The notes under the pieces: model-generated
Told to the model about the DNA's origin: nothing
Databases searched by the model: none
The model's input: the letters and a program-made list of their open reading frames with translations, nothing else
DNA from: Chara braunii
Lineage: Eukaryota > Plantae > Charophyceae
Direction of reading: 5' to 3'
Assembly (NCBI GenBank): GCA_003427395.1
Contig: BFEA01000003.1
Span: 8,803,657 to 8,867,656 of the forward strand
Length of the DNA stretch: 64,000 nucleotides
Shown here: one piece after another, positions 22,502 to 35,330 of the stretch
How the letters are laid out: every line of letters begins with the position of its first letter
Numbering within the stretch: the stretch's first letter is position 1
Program-made: the position numbers and the translations under genes

Positions 22502-23120
22502 CTGCAATTTTTTCATCATCAAAGAGGCCCACAACAGGACGCAAGGACCACCAGCAAGAACCGGCAGAACGAAAGTCTTAGGGCGTTTCATTTCGAGTAA
22601 GGAGGGCCTGCATGAAAGCCAGAATCACACATACTCTCATTGACAAGCAATTTGAAGCAAACCAAAAAAGTCCCCAGTCTTCTAAAGCGGATCCAGCAAA
22701 GCGATTGCAAATGGCATGAACAACTCTACAGTCAGGAGGGCTACCCTTTTCTTTCTTTCTTTTTTCTTTTGTTTTTTGGGTAACCGTTACGATGCTCCAA
22801 TCGTTTTTGTGGGGAGCAGCAGCACGTGCTGATGGTGCTGGGAACGGGGCCCAGCGTCCCGTAGGAATTTATACGGAACAGTGGGTCATAGGTTCAATTC
22901 CTAGTGAGTTGATCTTGGACTTCTTGTGTATAACAAGCACTGCCAGTGGGAGTCTGTGAGATACCCGGGCTGTTACCTGGTTTGGCTGAGGAAAACGAAA
23001 AATCCTGGAAGAACTACTGAGGTATTCAAGAACTGGGGCTAACAAGGATACTCTTGAGTCATGAGAAATCAACATATTAAACGGACGACGGAAGAACTAC
23101 TGAGCTAGGCTGCCACCTGC

Positions 23121-24510
23121 TGTTAGGACCTACTAGTAGGGATGCTTTTGGGGAGGTTTCGGGAGAGGTCTGTTTCAGTAAAGGGATAGGATGACTATAT
23201 AAGGGATGCAAGGCGTAGGTATGGCCTCCGTGAGTCGTTGAGGTATTCTGGTGTTTGCACTGGGAGTGATCCCCCTGAAGAGTCTGCTGGCGGGGTGGAC
23301 GAAATGTGTCAGGGAATGGCCGCGTGTGTTATGATTTTCAGTGACCCAATGGACTATCATGCTTTTCTAATCTCAGAGCTGGTTCTCTATGCTGTTTTCA
23401 TGATTCTTCTCGGTGATATTGTGCGCCACATTTGCTTTCGTCTTCTTAACTGCATTACGGGGAATATGGCTCTGTTGCCACTGTTGGTGCATCTTCTTTG
23501 TCCGTTCTCATGCAGCTTAGACAGTCTTGCCGGGCTGTTGTTCTTTTTCCGAATTTCGTGACAACCTGCAGTGCGGTTGAACATTGGGTGGTGGTCGCGT
23601 CTTCGGTAGGTTAACCTTTTGCTATGGATCGATTATTGATAAAGTGTGCCATCATGGCAGGGCGATCCGGCGCGTACTCCAGAACCGCCGCGGGAAGAAG
23701 ACGAAAGAGATGGAGGCGCCACCGCAGAGGGATCATCAAGAAGCCGGCGCCGCCGAAGAAGTCAATCGCTCTCCCAATCCTCCCCAGTTCGATCGCAGCC
23801 CTTCATTTACGTCAAGATGAGGGCACACGGGCTTCGTCCCCGGTCGTTATCCCGTCGTCCCCGTGACTTCCTCACCCTCCAACAGCTCTCAGGGAGACCC
23901 CCATTCCCCGATGGGTGGCAGCCGTTCCCCCTCTCCTTTTTCTACTACCGCTACGCCACCCGCCTTTTGGTCACCATCTTCCCGCACTCTGTCACTCGCT
24001 CGCTCGTCACTTCGTTCCCCTTCCACGTCCTCCTTCTTAGCGTGGAATGGCAAGAATATAATCATATAGAGGTCTATTGCGTCATCGTGGGCACGATCCC
24101 CGCGTGCGAAGAATATGACGATTTCCGCGCTGCCATCCGCCGCACCCTCTGCACCCTCTACCCTGACTACCTCGCCTCTCTCCCCCATCAACGTCGGCAC
24201 CCTCGCTTTCCTCGCATCCATCGCTCCATTCATTACGTCCCACTCCCTTCTAGTGATGAGAAAATTACTTGCTTCATGCCTCCTCTCCCCCAAGTCTATC
24301 CACCACATCCCCCACCCGTAATTAGATTATCTTTCCCAGGCAACGTTTTTGATTGAGCGCACGTATGCCACGTCGGATGGCTTCCACACTCAGATCCTAC
24401 GGTAAGTGGCACGTGTGAGCTCCATGTCGATCATCGGGTTAAGGGATCGGCGCATGAAGTGTGTGAGCAAGCAGGAGCTTGCTCAAGATTGGAACCCCCT
24501 GGGCGTCACA
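23121..24510 (+). mobile_element. Solo-LTR-like unit 3 with TATA box and unknown ORF (23646-24356)
   Basis: Possible start TGTTAGGACC, TATATAAGG at about 23196, a 236-codon open frame, end GGGCGTCACA at 24501-24510 followed by cTGGCAT (PBS-like). Confidence 0.4.
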
Positions 24511-24518
24511 CTGGCATA

Positions 24519-26850
24519 TGTGACGAACCATTTTCTGTAACCGCGCGACTTTCTGCACGAAGCTGCCTTGGGGAAACGAGACGGGTCGGAGGGGTAAGTT
24601 GCAGGAAGATGGTTGGTCAGGCTGATTGCGTGGATGCCCTCGTTTCTTTTTGTTTTCTGTGGAAATCTGTCAGGTCGGTGTCGGGAAAGTCCCACGCCGG
24701 CGATTGGGTAACCGCGCCTTAGCGAGCGCAATGGACAACGGTTGTTATGGTCCCTTTCTTGTTCTGCTGTGAGCACTAGGAATTTTGGCGCGATCATCGC
24801 GCGGGAATATCGTTTTTGAATTTTCAACTGACGTCGAGCCCCCACGGGCTCGCGGAATTGTTTTTGGGCTCTTAGGAAGTTCCCTTTTGCAATTAGGAAT
24901 TAGGCTAGGAATTTAGCTACTCTGAATTCTGCTACGCCGCGCTTCTTACTCGTGCACATCTCGCGACATTAGGAATTGGGCTTTGACTGAATCGCGCCCT
25001 TAATCCTGCGTAACTGTCGTTTTTGGCGGGCACGATTGTAACTGTATCTTTCTTCTTTCTTGATTTCCTCGTGTTTACTCGCCTTTTCCTTCTTCCTCGC
25101 TTTGCATCCTCTGTTCTAATTGACCTGAACGCCTGCATGACCGGATCGATGCCTGGAGTGTGGCTATGACCCTCACGCTGCGGCCTGGCCATGCAGACGT
25201 AGGCACTTCTTCTCTTCTCCTCTTGACCTCTTGAGCTTAATCCCGTACCTTTCGCGCAAGCATGCCTGCTATAAATTTTGCAAGCGCGATTGGTTTGCTC
25301 TCTAAGAACCTTGGAGTTAACGAGATCAGTGAGGGTCGGCTAACGAGTCAGCTTGAGAGTTGAGTCGACGAGAGAGTTGGGCGATCCGACGAGTTGGTGT
25401 CGGGTATGCGGGGTTGACGTGCGGCGGGGCCGCGACGGACTGTGGCGCACGGGCGAACCTGGCTTGCATGCTCGAACCAAGCGGGGTGACAACTCTGAGT
25501 TGGTGCGAGGCGATGGACTGCCCGCATCGGGAGTGGAGAGAGAGAGAGCAGTTGTGGGTGTGGGATGCGGTTCTTTCTTTTGTTTATCTGTATAATTTTG
25601 GCTCTTGCTATGGTCGATTTTGTTGCGGCCTTTTCGGACTTCTCTTTGTAAATTATCTCGGATTTTCTTTGTTGTTTCTGCCTCGTGTATGCATGGAATG
25701 AATGTGGACTCTTTCCCGTTAGTGATCTTTTCGGATTTCCAATCTTGTTTTGCGGCCTGTTTCGTCACCCTCTATTATCCATCTGCATGAGCCATACTCT
25801 CAGATCTGATTGGAAGCACTCGCTATGGATGTTTGGGTTCAATCGTTAGTCTTTGATCACCAAGAATGTTGTGAGGAGTTGATTGTTTTTTCCCCTTTTT
25901 TTTCTCCTTTTCGTCACACATATGACATGGATTTGAATGTAATGTCTGGATATCGCACAACATAGCATGAGCAGGATAGTTGCATGGAGGCCGAACGTGA
26001 TCGGTACACGGAGCCTAGGACCGCTCCACTTCCTCTCATGTGCTCGCTCGCGTACAACCGCGACCTCGAGAAAGCCGAGTCGCCGCGTACTCGCTCGTCT
26101 GCATGAGTTGACCTTGAACTCAGTATAAGGATGCAGGGGACCGAGTTCACTAAACGGATATGGTTGTGGGATTTCCCTCTTGGATCCCCGATCGTGAGAG
26201 CCTGAGGGACCCGGAATATCGCGAATACTGGGAAGGTGAACAACTCAGACAGCGGGAAAACTTAAGAAACCCGGAATTCCCCTATCTGACAAAGAATGAC
26301 CGATTGTGCGCAAGGGACTTTCAATGTGTCGTAACTAACGATCCTAGGGGCCCCGACTACCCGGATACTTATAACACGCAATATTACATATTCCTCGGCT
26401 TCGTCGTTATTACCACCAGTTTCCCTCCCTTTCACCTCCTTCTTCCATATCACCAGCTCACAATGGTGCCGTGGAATTTCATAGCTGGCTATTGGCCCCG
26501 CACACCGTGCGAAAAGTGCCAGCGGCACCAGGCATATCGAGCTTCTGAAATTATTCGGCAAACCCGAACTGAAGCCGAGCGGCGCCGACAACTGGTCGAA
26601 CCACGCGATCGCACTACAACCCACAAAACCGACCACAGCGACGCGACTGGCAGAGACGATAATCCCATACGCGATCTTCGCGTACCGTCTTGTACCTTCG
26701 TCTCGAAACTTGCCACTGGAGATCTCAGTTCCGACCTGGGACTCCACCCCCACATTCTTAAAATCCTTGGCAAACCCCCTTTTTCGCACTTCCAAGCCCC
26801 CATCCTACTCCGATCAGGAAGTCGCGCCTCGCGTGAGGTTGGGCGTCACA
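24519..26850 (+). mobile_element. Solo-LTR-like unit 2 with TATA box and internal ORF
   Basis: Starts TGTGACG and ends GGGCGTCACA (7-bp terminal inverted match). TATAAAT at 25270. Collinear with unit 1 from about 25130 to the end. Confidence 0.55.
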
Positions 26851-26972
26851 CCCCACCCTCCAACGTCCGCGTAGTCCCCCAATGTCCCCCAACGGCTACT
26901 GTTGGCGGTGGGCCTCCATTGGGTGGCATCGTCGTTTTCGACCGGCATCATGCGGTCTCGCGCGCTCGATGA
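26160..26972 (+). CDS. Unknown protein, paralog of 12254-13021 (conserved core about 26270-26530)
   Basis: RLCARDFQC...DPR..D.P...GFVVITTSFPPFHLLLPYHQL...YWPRTPCEKCQR. Differences from copy 1 in the core are mostly synonymous. The C-terminus probably reads through the element end. Confidence 0.6.
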   Translation: MVVGFPSWIPDRESLRDPEYREYWEGEQLRQRENLRNPEFPYLTKNDRLCARDFQCVVTNDPRGPDYPDTYNTQYYIFLGFVVITTSFPPFHLLLPYHQLTMVPWNFIAGYWPRTPCEKCQRHQAYRASEIIRQTRTEAERRRQLVEPRDRTTTHKTDHSDATGRDDNPIRDLRVPSCTFVSKLATGDLSSDLGLHPHILKILGKPPFSHFQAPILLRSGSRASREVGRHTPPSNVRVVPQCPPTATVGGGPPLGGIVVFDRHHAVSRAR

Positions 26973-27060
26973 ACGTATGCCTAGTCCCCCAACGCCCCCA
27001 AACGGCTACTGTTGGTGGTGGGCCTCCATCCGGCAACGTCGTCGTTTTCGGCTGGCATCA
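26872..27060. repeat. Tandem duplication of a ~110-bp unit
   Basis: TAGTCCCCCAA...AACGGCTACTGTTGG.GGTGGGCCTCCAT...GTCGTTTTCG..GGCATCA at 26872 and 26982. Confidence 0.9.
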
Positions 27061-27315
27061 ACGGTCGTAATTTTTTTTTTTTCCCGGCGGCGCCTTCAGT
27101 CCATCCAGAGAAGAGGTTTCTTCACAAGCGTCATATTCCCATGCATGTCGTCACATGCTGCGCGTCCGATAAGACTCTTGCCTTCTCCGCCGTCGTGTGC
27201 TCATTGCTGCCCTCTCCACCGTGCAACTCATGGCTGACCTATACCGCAGGCTCCCTCTGCTGCTCCTCATCCCTGTGCTACTTCTGGTGGTCCCTCTTCT
27301 GCAGCGCTGTCCTGC

Positions 27316-27674
27316 TTCTCGTTGAAGTAGCCATCCGTGGCATCGTCACATTGTCGAAGGTCTTCCCATGCCCCCCCCGTCCTGCGTTTGATCCACCACC
27401 TCGGTGTTGCTCGTGCAATGACGCCACAACCCAACGTGTAGCACAACTCAATGACAGCCTCCGAAGTTGCCACGTAGTTGGGGCCGTCATCCGCAACTTG
27501 CATCAGCGTCCTTTTTCTATGCGCACGCAACTGCACCTTCATTTGTCCCAACGCCCTCTCCTCCTGACAACGAAGAATAACGGTTGACACGGCCGCCACC
27601 ACGGCTGCCTGTTCAAGCGGTGTCAAAAGCGCGCGTCCGCCCTCTCCACCGCCCTCCATCGCCACCACCTCCAC
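27316..27674 (-). pseudogene. PIF/Harbinger-like transposase N-terminal fragment
   Basis: PRWWIKRRTGGAWEDLRQCDDATDGYFNEK resembles the region just before the F..FRMS helix of Harbinger/HARBI1 nucleases. Truncated before the DDE core. Confidence 0.5.
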
Positions 27675-28582
27675 ATGGATGACGTCTCTCCGTTGTCATC
27701 TCAATCCTCGCACCCCAGAGACGTAAAAATCAGCCCCCGAGGAAAGGTCCGAGAAGCTTCCGCCTTTTCGTGGATGTCGTCCCCTGGTGGAACAGCGTGT
27801 GACGGCGCGGACGATGTGGAGGAGAAGCTCGGCGATAATGCACGCACCCGGTGCACGCACGTACACTAACCGGGAGGTGGGCGAAAGGGATGCCGCCGCT
27901 AAGGCTGATTCAGCCCTGCAACGTCTACGCGCTGCAAGCCGAACGTCGTCGTCGTCACCACAACTGTACTTCAAATTTTGAATTTCAAATGTAGAGGTCC
28001 CCCTTTTTTCTTTAGTTTCTGTGGCCTACCTCATGCCCTTTTCCGCCGGACGTCGCTGGACCACGCCATCTCCACATGGACACCGGACGCTGGACCATGG
28101 ACACCCTCACCCGCGGCCGCTTAGCTTCATATGAAAATGGCCGCGAGCAGGCCACAACGAAACGTCCTCGGGGGACGTTCCCAAGAAGATGTGGAACAAC
28201 GCCGCTAAATTCCCTTACGAGCCACAAGGAAAATTCCTTATGGCTCAAGGAACTAGTGAGGAGTGTCTAACGACGCCCCATTTCCCACTTGCACCGTTTA
28301 GTTGAGGCAACTCAACGGTGTGACAACTGAAAACGTTCATTTTCATTCGATTTCAAATGAGAAATGCATTTATAAATGACACGGATACAATTGTTCTGTT
28401 TTTTCTTTTTTCACAATTGGAGTAGCATACGGGCACCTCTATAGCAGAAAATGAAGATTTAAACTAATGACCTATCTACGCATATTATGTTTTTTTTTTT
28501 TTTTTTTTTTTTTTTTGAACTTCGTATATGGATAACCTACTTATCGAGGTGATAAGAGCATCCCCGGTAAGTAGGCCACAGC

Positions 28583-28616
28583 CTGTCTCTTATACACATC
28601 TAGATGTGTATAAGAG
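28583..28616. other. Nextera mate-pair junction adapter (assembly artefact)
   Basis: CTGTCTCTTATACACATCT+AGATGTGTATAAGAG directly before an N gap. Sequence 28518-28582 is repeated at 28663-28727. Confidence 0.97.
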
Positions 28617-28799
28617 NNNNNNNNNNNNNNNNNNNNNNNNNNNNNNNNNNNNNNNNNNNNNNAACTTCGTATATGGATAACCTACTTATCGAGGTGATAA
28701 GAGCATCCCCGGTAAGTAGGCCACAGCGTCGAAGGCTTCATCTATTGGTGGGGAGCTACACCTGTTGGAAATCAGGTCCAACGTCCTTATACAAATGAT

Positions 28800-29490
28800 G
28801 AAAATATATCTGCTCGAAATCAGGTCCGGCGTCCTTGTGCCATGGTGTGAATGTATGTGCTGGAAAACGAGTCCGACGTCCCCATCGATTTGATCTATAG
28901 AACCTAACAAACAAAATGAAACATCAATCATATCAGGCAAAACCCTAATCATGATGTAATGTGTATTACAACAATGTGATTTGCATCTGCTGGAAATCGG
29001 GTCCAGCATTCCTATACCATATTGTATAACCATATCCAACAGTGAGAAACAAGCGACCTTTGTGCAATGATAAGATAGCAAAGAAGCAATACACTCCTTC
29101 TTGTACATATACTTAACCTATATCTTGAAAAAGAACAGAGGAATGAAAGTATATTTGTTGGACATCAGGTCTAGCATCCTTGTGCCATGGTGTGAATGTA
29201 TGTGCTGGAAAACAAGTCCGGCGTCCCTATCGATTGGATCTATAAAACCTCGCAAACAAAATGAAACATCAATCCTATCAGGCTAAACCCTAATCATGAT
29301 GTAATGTGTATTACAACAATGTGATTTGCATCTGCTGGAAATCGGGTCCAGCATCTCTATACCATGTTGTATAACCATATCCAACAGTGAGAAACAAGCG
29401 ACCTTTGTGCAATGATAAGATAGCACAGAAGCAATACACTCCTTCTTGTACATATACTTACTTAACCTATATCTTGAAAAAGAACAGAGG
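28800..29490. repeat. ~350-bp tandem duplication containing reiterated pseudoknot-A motifs
   Basis: CCTTGTGCCATGGTGTGAATGTATGTGCTGGAAAAC...CTTGAAAAAGAACAGAGG occurs at about 28833-29141 and 29178-29490. Confidence 0.9.
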
Positions 29491-30493
29491 CATTGATTAC
29501 TCCCCTACAAAAGGGGAGGATTGACCTCCTGTTGATGAGGTATTGTTTATATTCGAGCATTATTAGTTTCTGACTTCCTATATGCAGGCAAAATTATCAT
29601 TGTCCACCCTTCCGCCAATAACAGACCGAGCTGGTGATGCCCTGACCTATCTCCCCCCTAATTGAATTGCAGAAAGCAACTCCAATCAGGAATCTCAACA
29701 AGGGGGAGCATCAAACCAACTCCCACCCTATACTACCCAAAAAAGAGGACATGAACTCATAGTACACCATCAATTTGTATTTGTTGAGCAGAGGTATTGA
29801 TTACTTCCCCACGCCAGGGAAGAACCGCCTCCAGAACATGAAGCATGAACACGAGGAAAAATAATGAGAGAAATCTTCATCGTCGATCACCTCACCCAAA
29901 GAACCAAATCAGAACTCGTACCCCAAATCCCCAGCAGGCAATCACAAAACCTGAGGGGCAACCCACCCCCTACCTCCATTGAGGTTGCGGGCCGGGCAAC
30001 CCCACTCAACCAAGGGGACGGGCAGACTCAAATATCCTATCCCAACCCGATGCCAGCCAAGGAAGAGCAAGTGATCCCTATCCACCTCAGGCAATCCTCT
30101 CCCCTCTCCCCACATACAACTGATAATAGTGGATGCACGCACCTTGCTGTTGAGCATGCCTCTGACTCGATCCCTGCTATCATTGCTGAATCCGACGTTG
30201 AGACTATCGTTATAGTTATCGTTGTTGTATCGTCCTCCCCTCTCTTTCCCGCTGTTCCCATGGTTGTCGTTGCCGCCATCGTCGCGATTATTGTTGATCA
30301 TGTTGTTGTTGTTGTTGTTGTCGTTGTTGTTGTTGTTTTTGTTGTTGTTTTTGGCGTTGTCGTCGTTGTTGTTTTCACCATCATTGTTGTTGTTACTGTC
30401 ATCCTTCACGCCCCCTTCGCCCATTTCGCCCAATCCCAATCCCTGCGCACCATCGTTTTTGTTGTTGTTGTTGTTGTAGTCGATATTGTTGTT

Positions 30494-30532
<39 letters not shown>

Positions 30533-31384
30533 GACATCTCCATTATCTTCCGCGTCCACCTGCAGTATCACTCCCATCATGCTGCAGCCGTGGACGTCAC
30601 CCCCCCCATCATTGTTATTATTGACATCGTCTCTGTCGTTGATGTCGCTGTAACTGATGTTGTTGCTGTTATTTGTATTTTCACCGCAATCATCTTCACC
30701 GTCGCTGTAACTAATGTTGTTATTGTTATTTGTATTTTCGCCGCAATCATCTCACCTGCCAGCAATCCATACCGATACTCCAACTGATTGCGTAGATCTC
30801 GCCCCAATGTAAAGAGGGTTCTACAAACAGCCAACCTGTCATCCGCCCGCCTCCAGTCGATGTAGATATCGAGTCGGGGATTCGTCCCCTCCTCCAGCTC
30901 CCACAGGATGTCTAACAACTCCTGAATCCTATCTTCCAACCACTGGTCCATCGAGATCGCTCCCCCATCGATCTCCCCCCCTTCATGCTGCCGCTGCATA
31001 AGCAACCCCACTATCGTCTGCATCTGCTTGCATCCCTCCTCCAGTGTGATAATCCATTCTTATGCTTGTTGTTGTAGCTTCCCTACCAAATTCATCTCTC
31101 CCCCTATTAGTTGCGCCACTCACACAGTTCTACTGATCCCTTGTAATCCCACGGTTGGCGCTACCCCTGCTGACGTGTCATGGGACGTCAGTGTCACCAA
31201 ACAACAGGTGCCACATGGCCACAAGCCACTTCACGCCTATCGGGCACATGCGCAGGCCCAACAGTCGGGGAGCTGTTCTTCCCAGGCGCTAGTCGAGTCG
31301 GGGTGACCGGGCCCTACCGGTCTGCCGGCTTCGGGGCGCTAGCGCTTGCGCAACTTCTTCCCTCCGGAACCCATATTATGTTAT

Positions 31385-34300
31385 TCTAACCACTAGCATC
31401 TACTAAATCAAAAGACTATCGACCAAAACACTAAGTTTATCAACCCTATTTTTATTCTCTACATTGGGATTACTAATCAGCCCCTAAAACGGGGGAGGGG
31501 CACTCTAAAGTGAGGCCATTGCTCATGTTGTCACTCCCTCCTCGTCCTCCCTCTACCTGCCTCCTGCAGCCGATCCATCAACCGAGTGAGCAGGTTGTTC
31601 ATGACCCTACTCTATGGATTGAACAACCAGGCAACCAAACAAAGCTGACCCCTCTCATCAATTGACGCAAACGAATTATTCAAACACCAAGTTTCTCTGA
31701 ACCACAGTTTGTCAGCACCTCCGAGTCTGTTACTTGATTTGACAACTTCCCTCTGCCAATCTGCTTGAATCACCCTTCTCAAGTTTTGCATCGTAGTACC
31801 TCTGATTTGTGAGTTAGACCATTGTTTCCCTTCAAAGACTTGATCATTCCTCCCCTGCCAAATCACCAAGAAGATAACAGCTCTGGCCGACTGTGTTGTG
31901 TAGCCCCAGCCTTTGGACAACAAGGCATCGTTCGGAATCCCCCCTAGTAAAGTCCAAAACTTATCTCATATCAGGGATTGGCCAGGTAGGCCAGTCAAGA
32001 GCTTAATCCACCATTTTCAAATTCGAGCAGAGGCAGGACAATCCCACCACAGATGGATAGTAGACTCGAATGCCCATTCGCATCCGAGGCATTTCAGGTC
32101 GATCTCCAACTGCCTAATTGCTAGCCAAACCGCAGAAGTGGTAGCCGTCATTGATAGCGCCATAAGATTGAAGCTTGTCTTTGGCGGGAAATTAACTTTA
32201 GTTGTTCCCAACAGTTGAGCAAGACCTTATCAATTTTGTTAGGATTAAGTTTCATAACAGCCATCCATCTTGATTTTGCAATAGTCAAAGGGTTTTTTGG
32301 AGCAACAATGGCCTTATATCCGATGCTCGGAGAGTAGTCCAGCAGACTTAAGATTTCTCCCGATTTTCCCAGTGCTCGTCATTCCCACATAAGAGAGTCA
32401 AGTTTCATATTGATTACAGTTGAGCCTTTCAGTACTACATTACATTCTCTGAATCGTTGAAAAGTAATTGTTTCTCTCACCCGGATTTGAGAAAGGGTGA
32501 AGCCCATTGACGGGTGTTTATCATCATCCAGTTGCAACAGGCGAGTATTCCGATGGATCTGCCAACCTTGAAAAAAACTATTCCCATCTGGCAAGTATTC
32601 AATCAATTTACATAATTTTGACTGATCCCCATTCGTGCATACGAACCAAGTGACTGGCGGGTCAACGACCTTCAGACCAAGTTGTTGTTTCCAATGTTCA
32701 GGGATCGCACTAATCAACAGTGTTAGTTTCGAGCTAAAGTTTCTTACTTGTCCAATAATTGTTCTCAGTTCCGACTTTGATTTCCACTTACCCAGTAGTT
32801 GATCACATATGTCTTTACTTATGAAAATCCCCAGTTCAATCCATTCGCACCCAAAGCTAGATCTATCTGCTTTGATCCAATCCCCTACCGGTGCACGGAT
32901 GTGGGGTGTTTCAAAGAGTGGTTGGGACAATATTTTTGCTTTGGTTGTTGGTTCAACCCAGACATCTGGTTTTAGCTTCCTCCAAGTCAGGATGACCGCT
33001 CTCTAGAACGGGGATTTAATTCGCCTCCTTTGAAATGAGTATAACATTAGGTAAGTCCATAGATCCTCTGGTCTTGCCAACTTTCACTCCCTTGGCAAAA
33101 TACTTTCGACCATTATGACCCAATGTGGGGCCGAAGTTTCTAAGCGCGCTTTAATCAACCATCGTGCTAGGATTGCACTGTTTTGTTTCTTGGGGTCCAG
33201 AATCCCCAGACCCCCTTGGGATCTGGGTGTACAGATAATCTTTCAGGCTACTTTAGTGATAAAGTCATCCTTGTCTGCAGCAAATGGTTTCCAGATAAAT
33301 TTGGTTGCACGTTTTTTTGTGAGTGATATAGTTGTTTCCCCAAATCCTTAACTGTCCCTACAAACCGTAATAAAACAAACAGAGCTCCGTTTATAACTAG
33401 TGTTCGGCCAAGCAACGAAAGATGGGGGGCCTTACCCCATGTAGTCATGCATTACATGAATTTTTGCAGAAGTAAGTCATCCTGGTTTCCTGAACAATCC
33501 AAGTGGGAGATCTGAACTCCTAAGAAATGTTAAGACAGATCGTCCGATATGCGCTTCATTCCCCACTCACATGTCAATGAAAAACCTGCAGGGGAAGATA
33601 CATTGATTTATGCCAATTAACTGAAGCCTTAGAGAGTTCACAATAACTGGCTAATTCAATCTTCAAAGCACCCAATGATTCCTCCGTATTTTCAGAGATT
33701 GCAAAGAGGTCGTCCGCCAGTGCTTTTACCGTGCACTGAACCGGACCTACCCTAAGTCCTCTAATGAGTTCATGCTTTCTTATATTATTCAAGAGCATCT
33801 TCATTTGGACTGCAAAAGGAAGTGGGGCAAGGGGGCAACCTTGCCTAAATGACCTTGTCAAGGGAAAGTTTTTCGATTCTTGACCATTAATCATTACTGC
33901 AGCAGTTGACAGGGTATACATGGCAACTATCCATCTGGGAAAATTAGCACCAAACCCCATTACTTTTAACGTTGTTAAGACATATGACCAATTCACTCGG
34001 TCATATGTTTTTTTCAGGTCCAGGAGTAATACCGTCATATTTAGGGAGTTGTTTTGTATGATGCCCAGGGATTCAATCGCAGTCACTATATTGTCAAAGA
34101 TCGACCTACCTTGTACAAACGCAGCCTGGTCGTTCTGTACCAGAGCGGAAAGATACTTCCCCAATCTTTTAGCCAAAATTTTGGCAAGTAATTTATAAGA
34201 TATATTTAGTATTAATATCGATCTCAATTGCATATTTATGTACGATCACCCTTCTTAAACAACACCGATATAATGTCCTTGCGCATATTTGCTGACAAAT

Positions 34301-35330
34301 TGGACCCTAACAGAGTTTCGTTATAAATTCCAGTCAGACTACTGCCAACCGACTCCCATATAGCAAGGTAAAGTTCGACCGGGAGACCATCGTCCCCTGA
34401 TGATTCTCCTTTTGACATAGCCTTAAGGGTTTTATGTGCTTCATCAGTCGTGATTGGTCTGTCAAGATTGAGGCGTCATACTGCTGAGATTTTAACTGAA
34501 GTATTTTGCCAATGTTTGTAATTTGTATCAAGGTCTTCTGTGATCTCTACACCCTGCAGCCTTGAAGTGAGTATATCCTTGTAGTATGTCGCAACATATT
34601 CACATAGATCGCTTAATTCCTTAGCCCTTGGGGCACTTGAGTCGAATAGGTGATGAAGCTCTCTCATTTGGACCGAGAATCGACGTGGTAACAACTTCTA
34701 AAATGATTCCTTAGTCATGCGATTGTATATTGCAATACCTTTAATAAAAATTTGTTCTGACCAAACGTCTGAGTCTTTCTTTTGCATCTCCTCCCATTCT
34801 GACATCAATTTTGCTCTTTCCTTCCCCCATACCAGATTCGATATCGGATGCTCCGACATTCTTTCTTTTGCGTAATGGATTTTCCTTCTGATTGCCTTCT
34901 CATTTTTCGACCTGTTTGTCGCCATTATCCTGGAGAACACGTTAAGGAGATTTGCAAACTTTTTGGAACCTGAGTTATCATTGTTCCCGGGTAGGGAATT
35001 TTTTCTTGGATAACTCTTAATCCTTCCAAAACTGTTTCATCCATTCTTCTAACCCTGGGTCCTCAAGGTTCTGAGTATTAAATTGAAAGAGTCCCTTGCC
35101 TCTGGTCAGGGTGGAAGACATCATGGACATACTTACCAACCTATGCTCGGAGAGAGACTGTAATGTAGCTGCCACCTCATCAACCGAATCTCGTTACAGG
35201 GAAGATATTAAGAAATAATCCAACCTTCGAGAAACAGTGTCAGTATTATCACTGCTATTAGAGAACCACGTGAAACCCGACAGATCCGGGTGAGACAATT
35301 TGTAGGGATCAATTAAATTGAGCTCATTTA
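31385..35330 (-). mobile_element. L1/Tx1-like LINE ORF2 pseudogene (partial EN, RT, zinc finger), 5'-truncated
   Basis: EN: FTWFSN..RRLDYFLISS. RT: SGDDGLPVELY, ILILNISYKLLAK, DQAAFVQGRSIFDNI, LDLKKTYDRV, RQGCPLAP, ALADDL. C-terminus: LSLLGRTLVING, CLGC..HLWWDC, IFLVIWQGRN. Multiple stops and frameshifts. Confidence 0.95.

Larger units (their letters stand above)
28489..31370 (-). mobile_element. Poly(A)-tailed non-autonomous retroposon, family W copy 1
   Basis: 5' block (31140-31370), ORF-like IVGLL..WELEEG..IDWR (30577-31023), (AAC)n tract, WHRVGIG, 3' pseudoknot cassette and poly(T) at 28489-28516 on +. Homologous to 42830-44563. Confidence 0.75.

Noticed and set aside
28583-28616. Tn5/IS50 ends suggesting horizontal transfer
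   Set aside because: Exact Nextera mate-pair junction adapter next to an N gap; a library artefact.
29864-30787. Long poly-V/N/T ORFs (also 43424-44020 and 37512-38369)
   Set aside because: Open frames are explained by trinucleotide or low-complexity repeats that lack stop codons.
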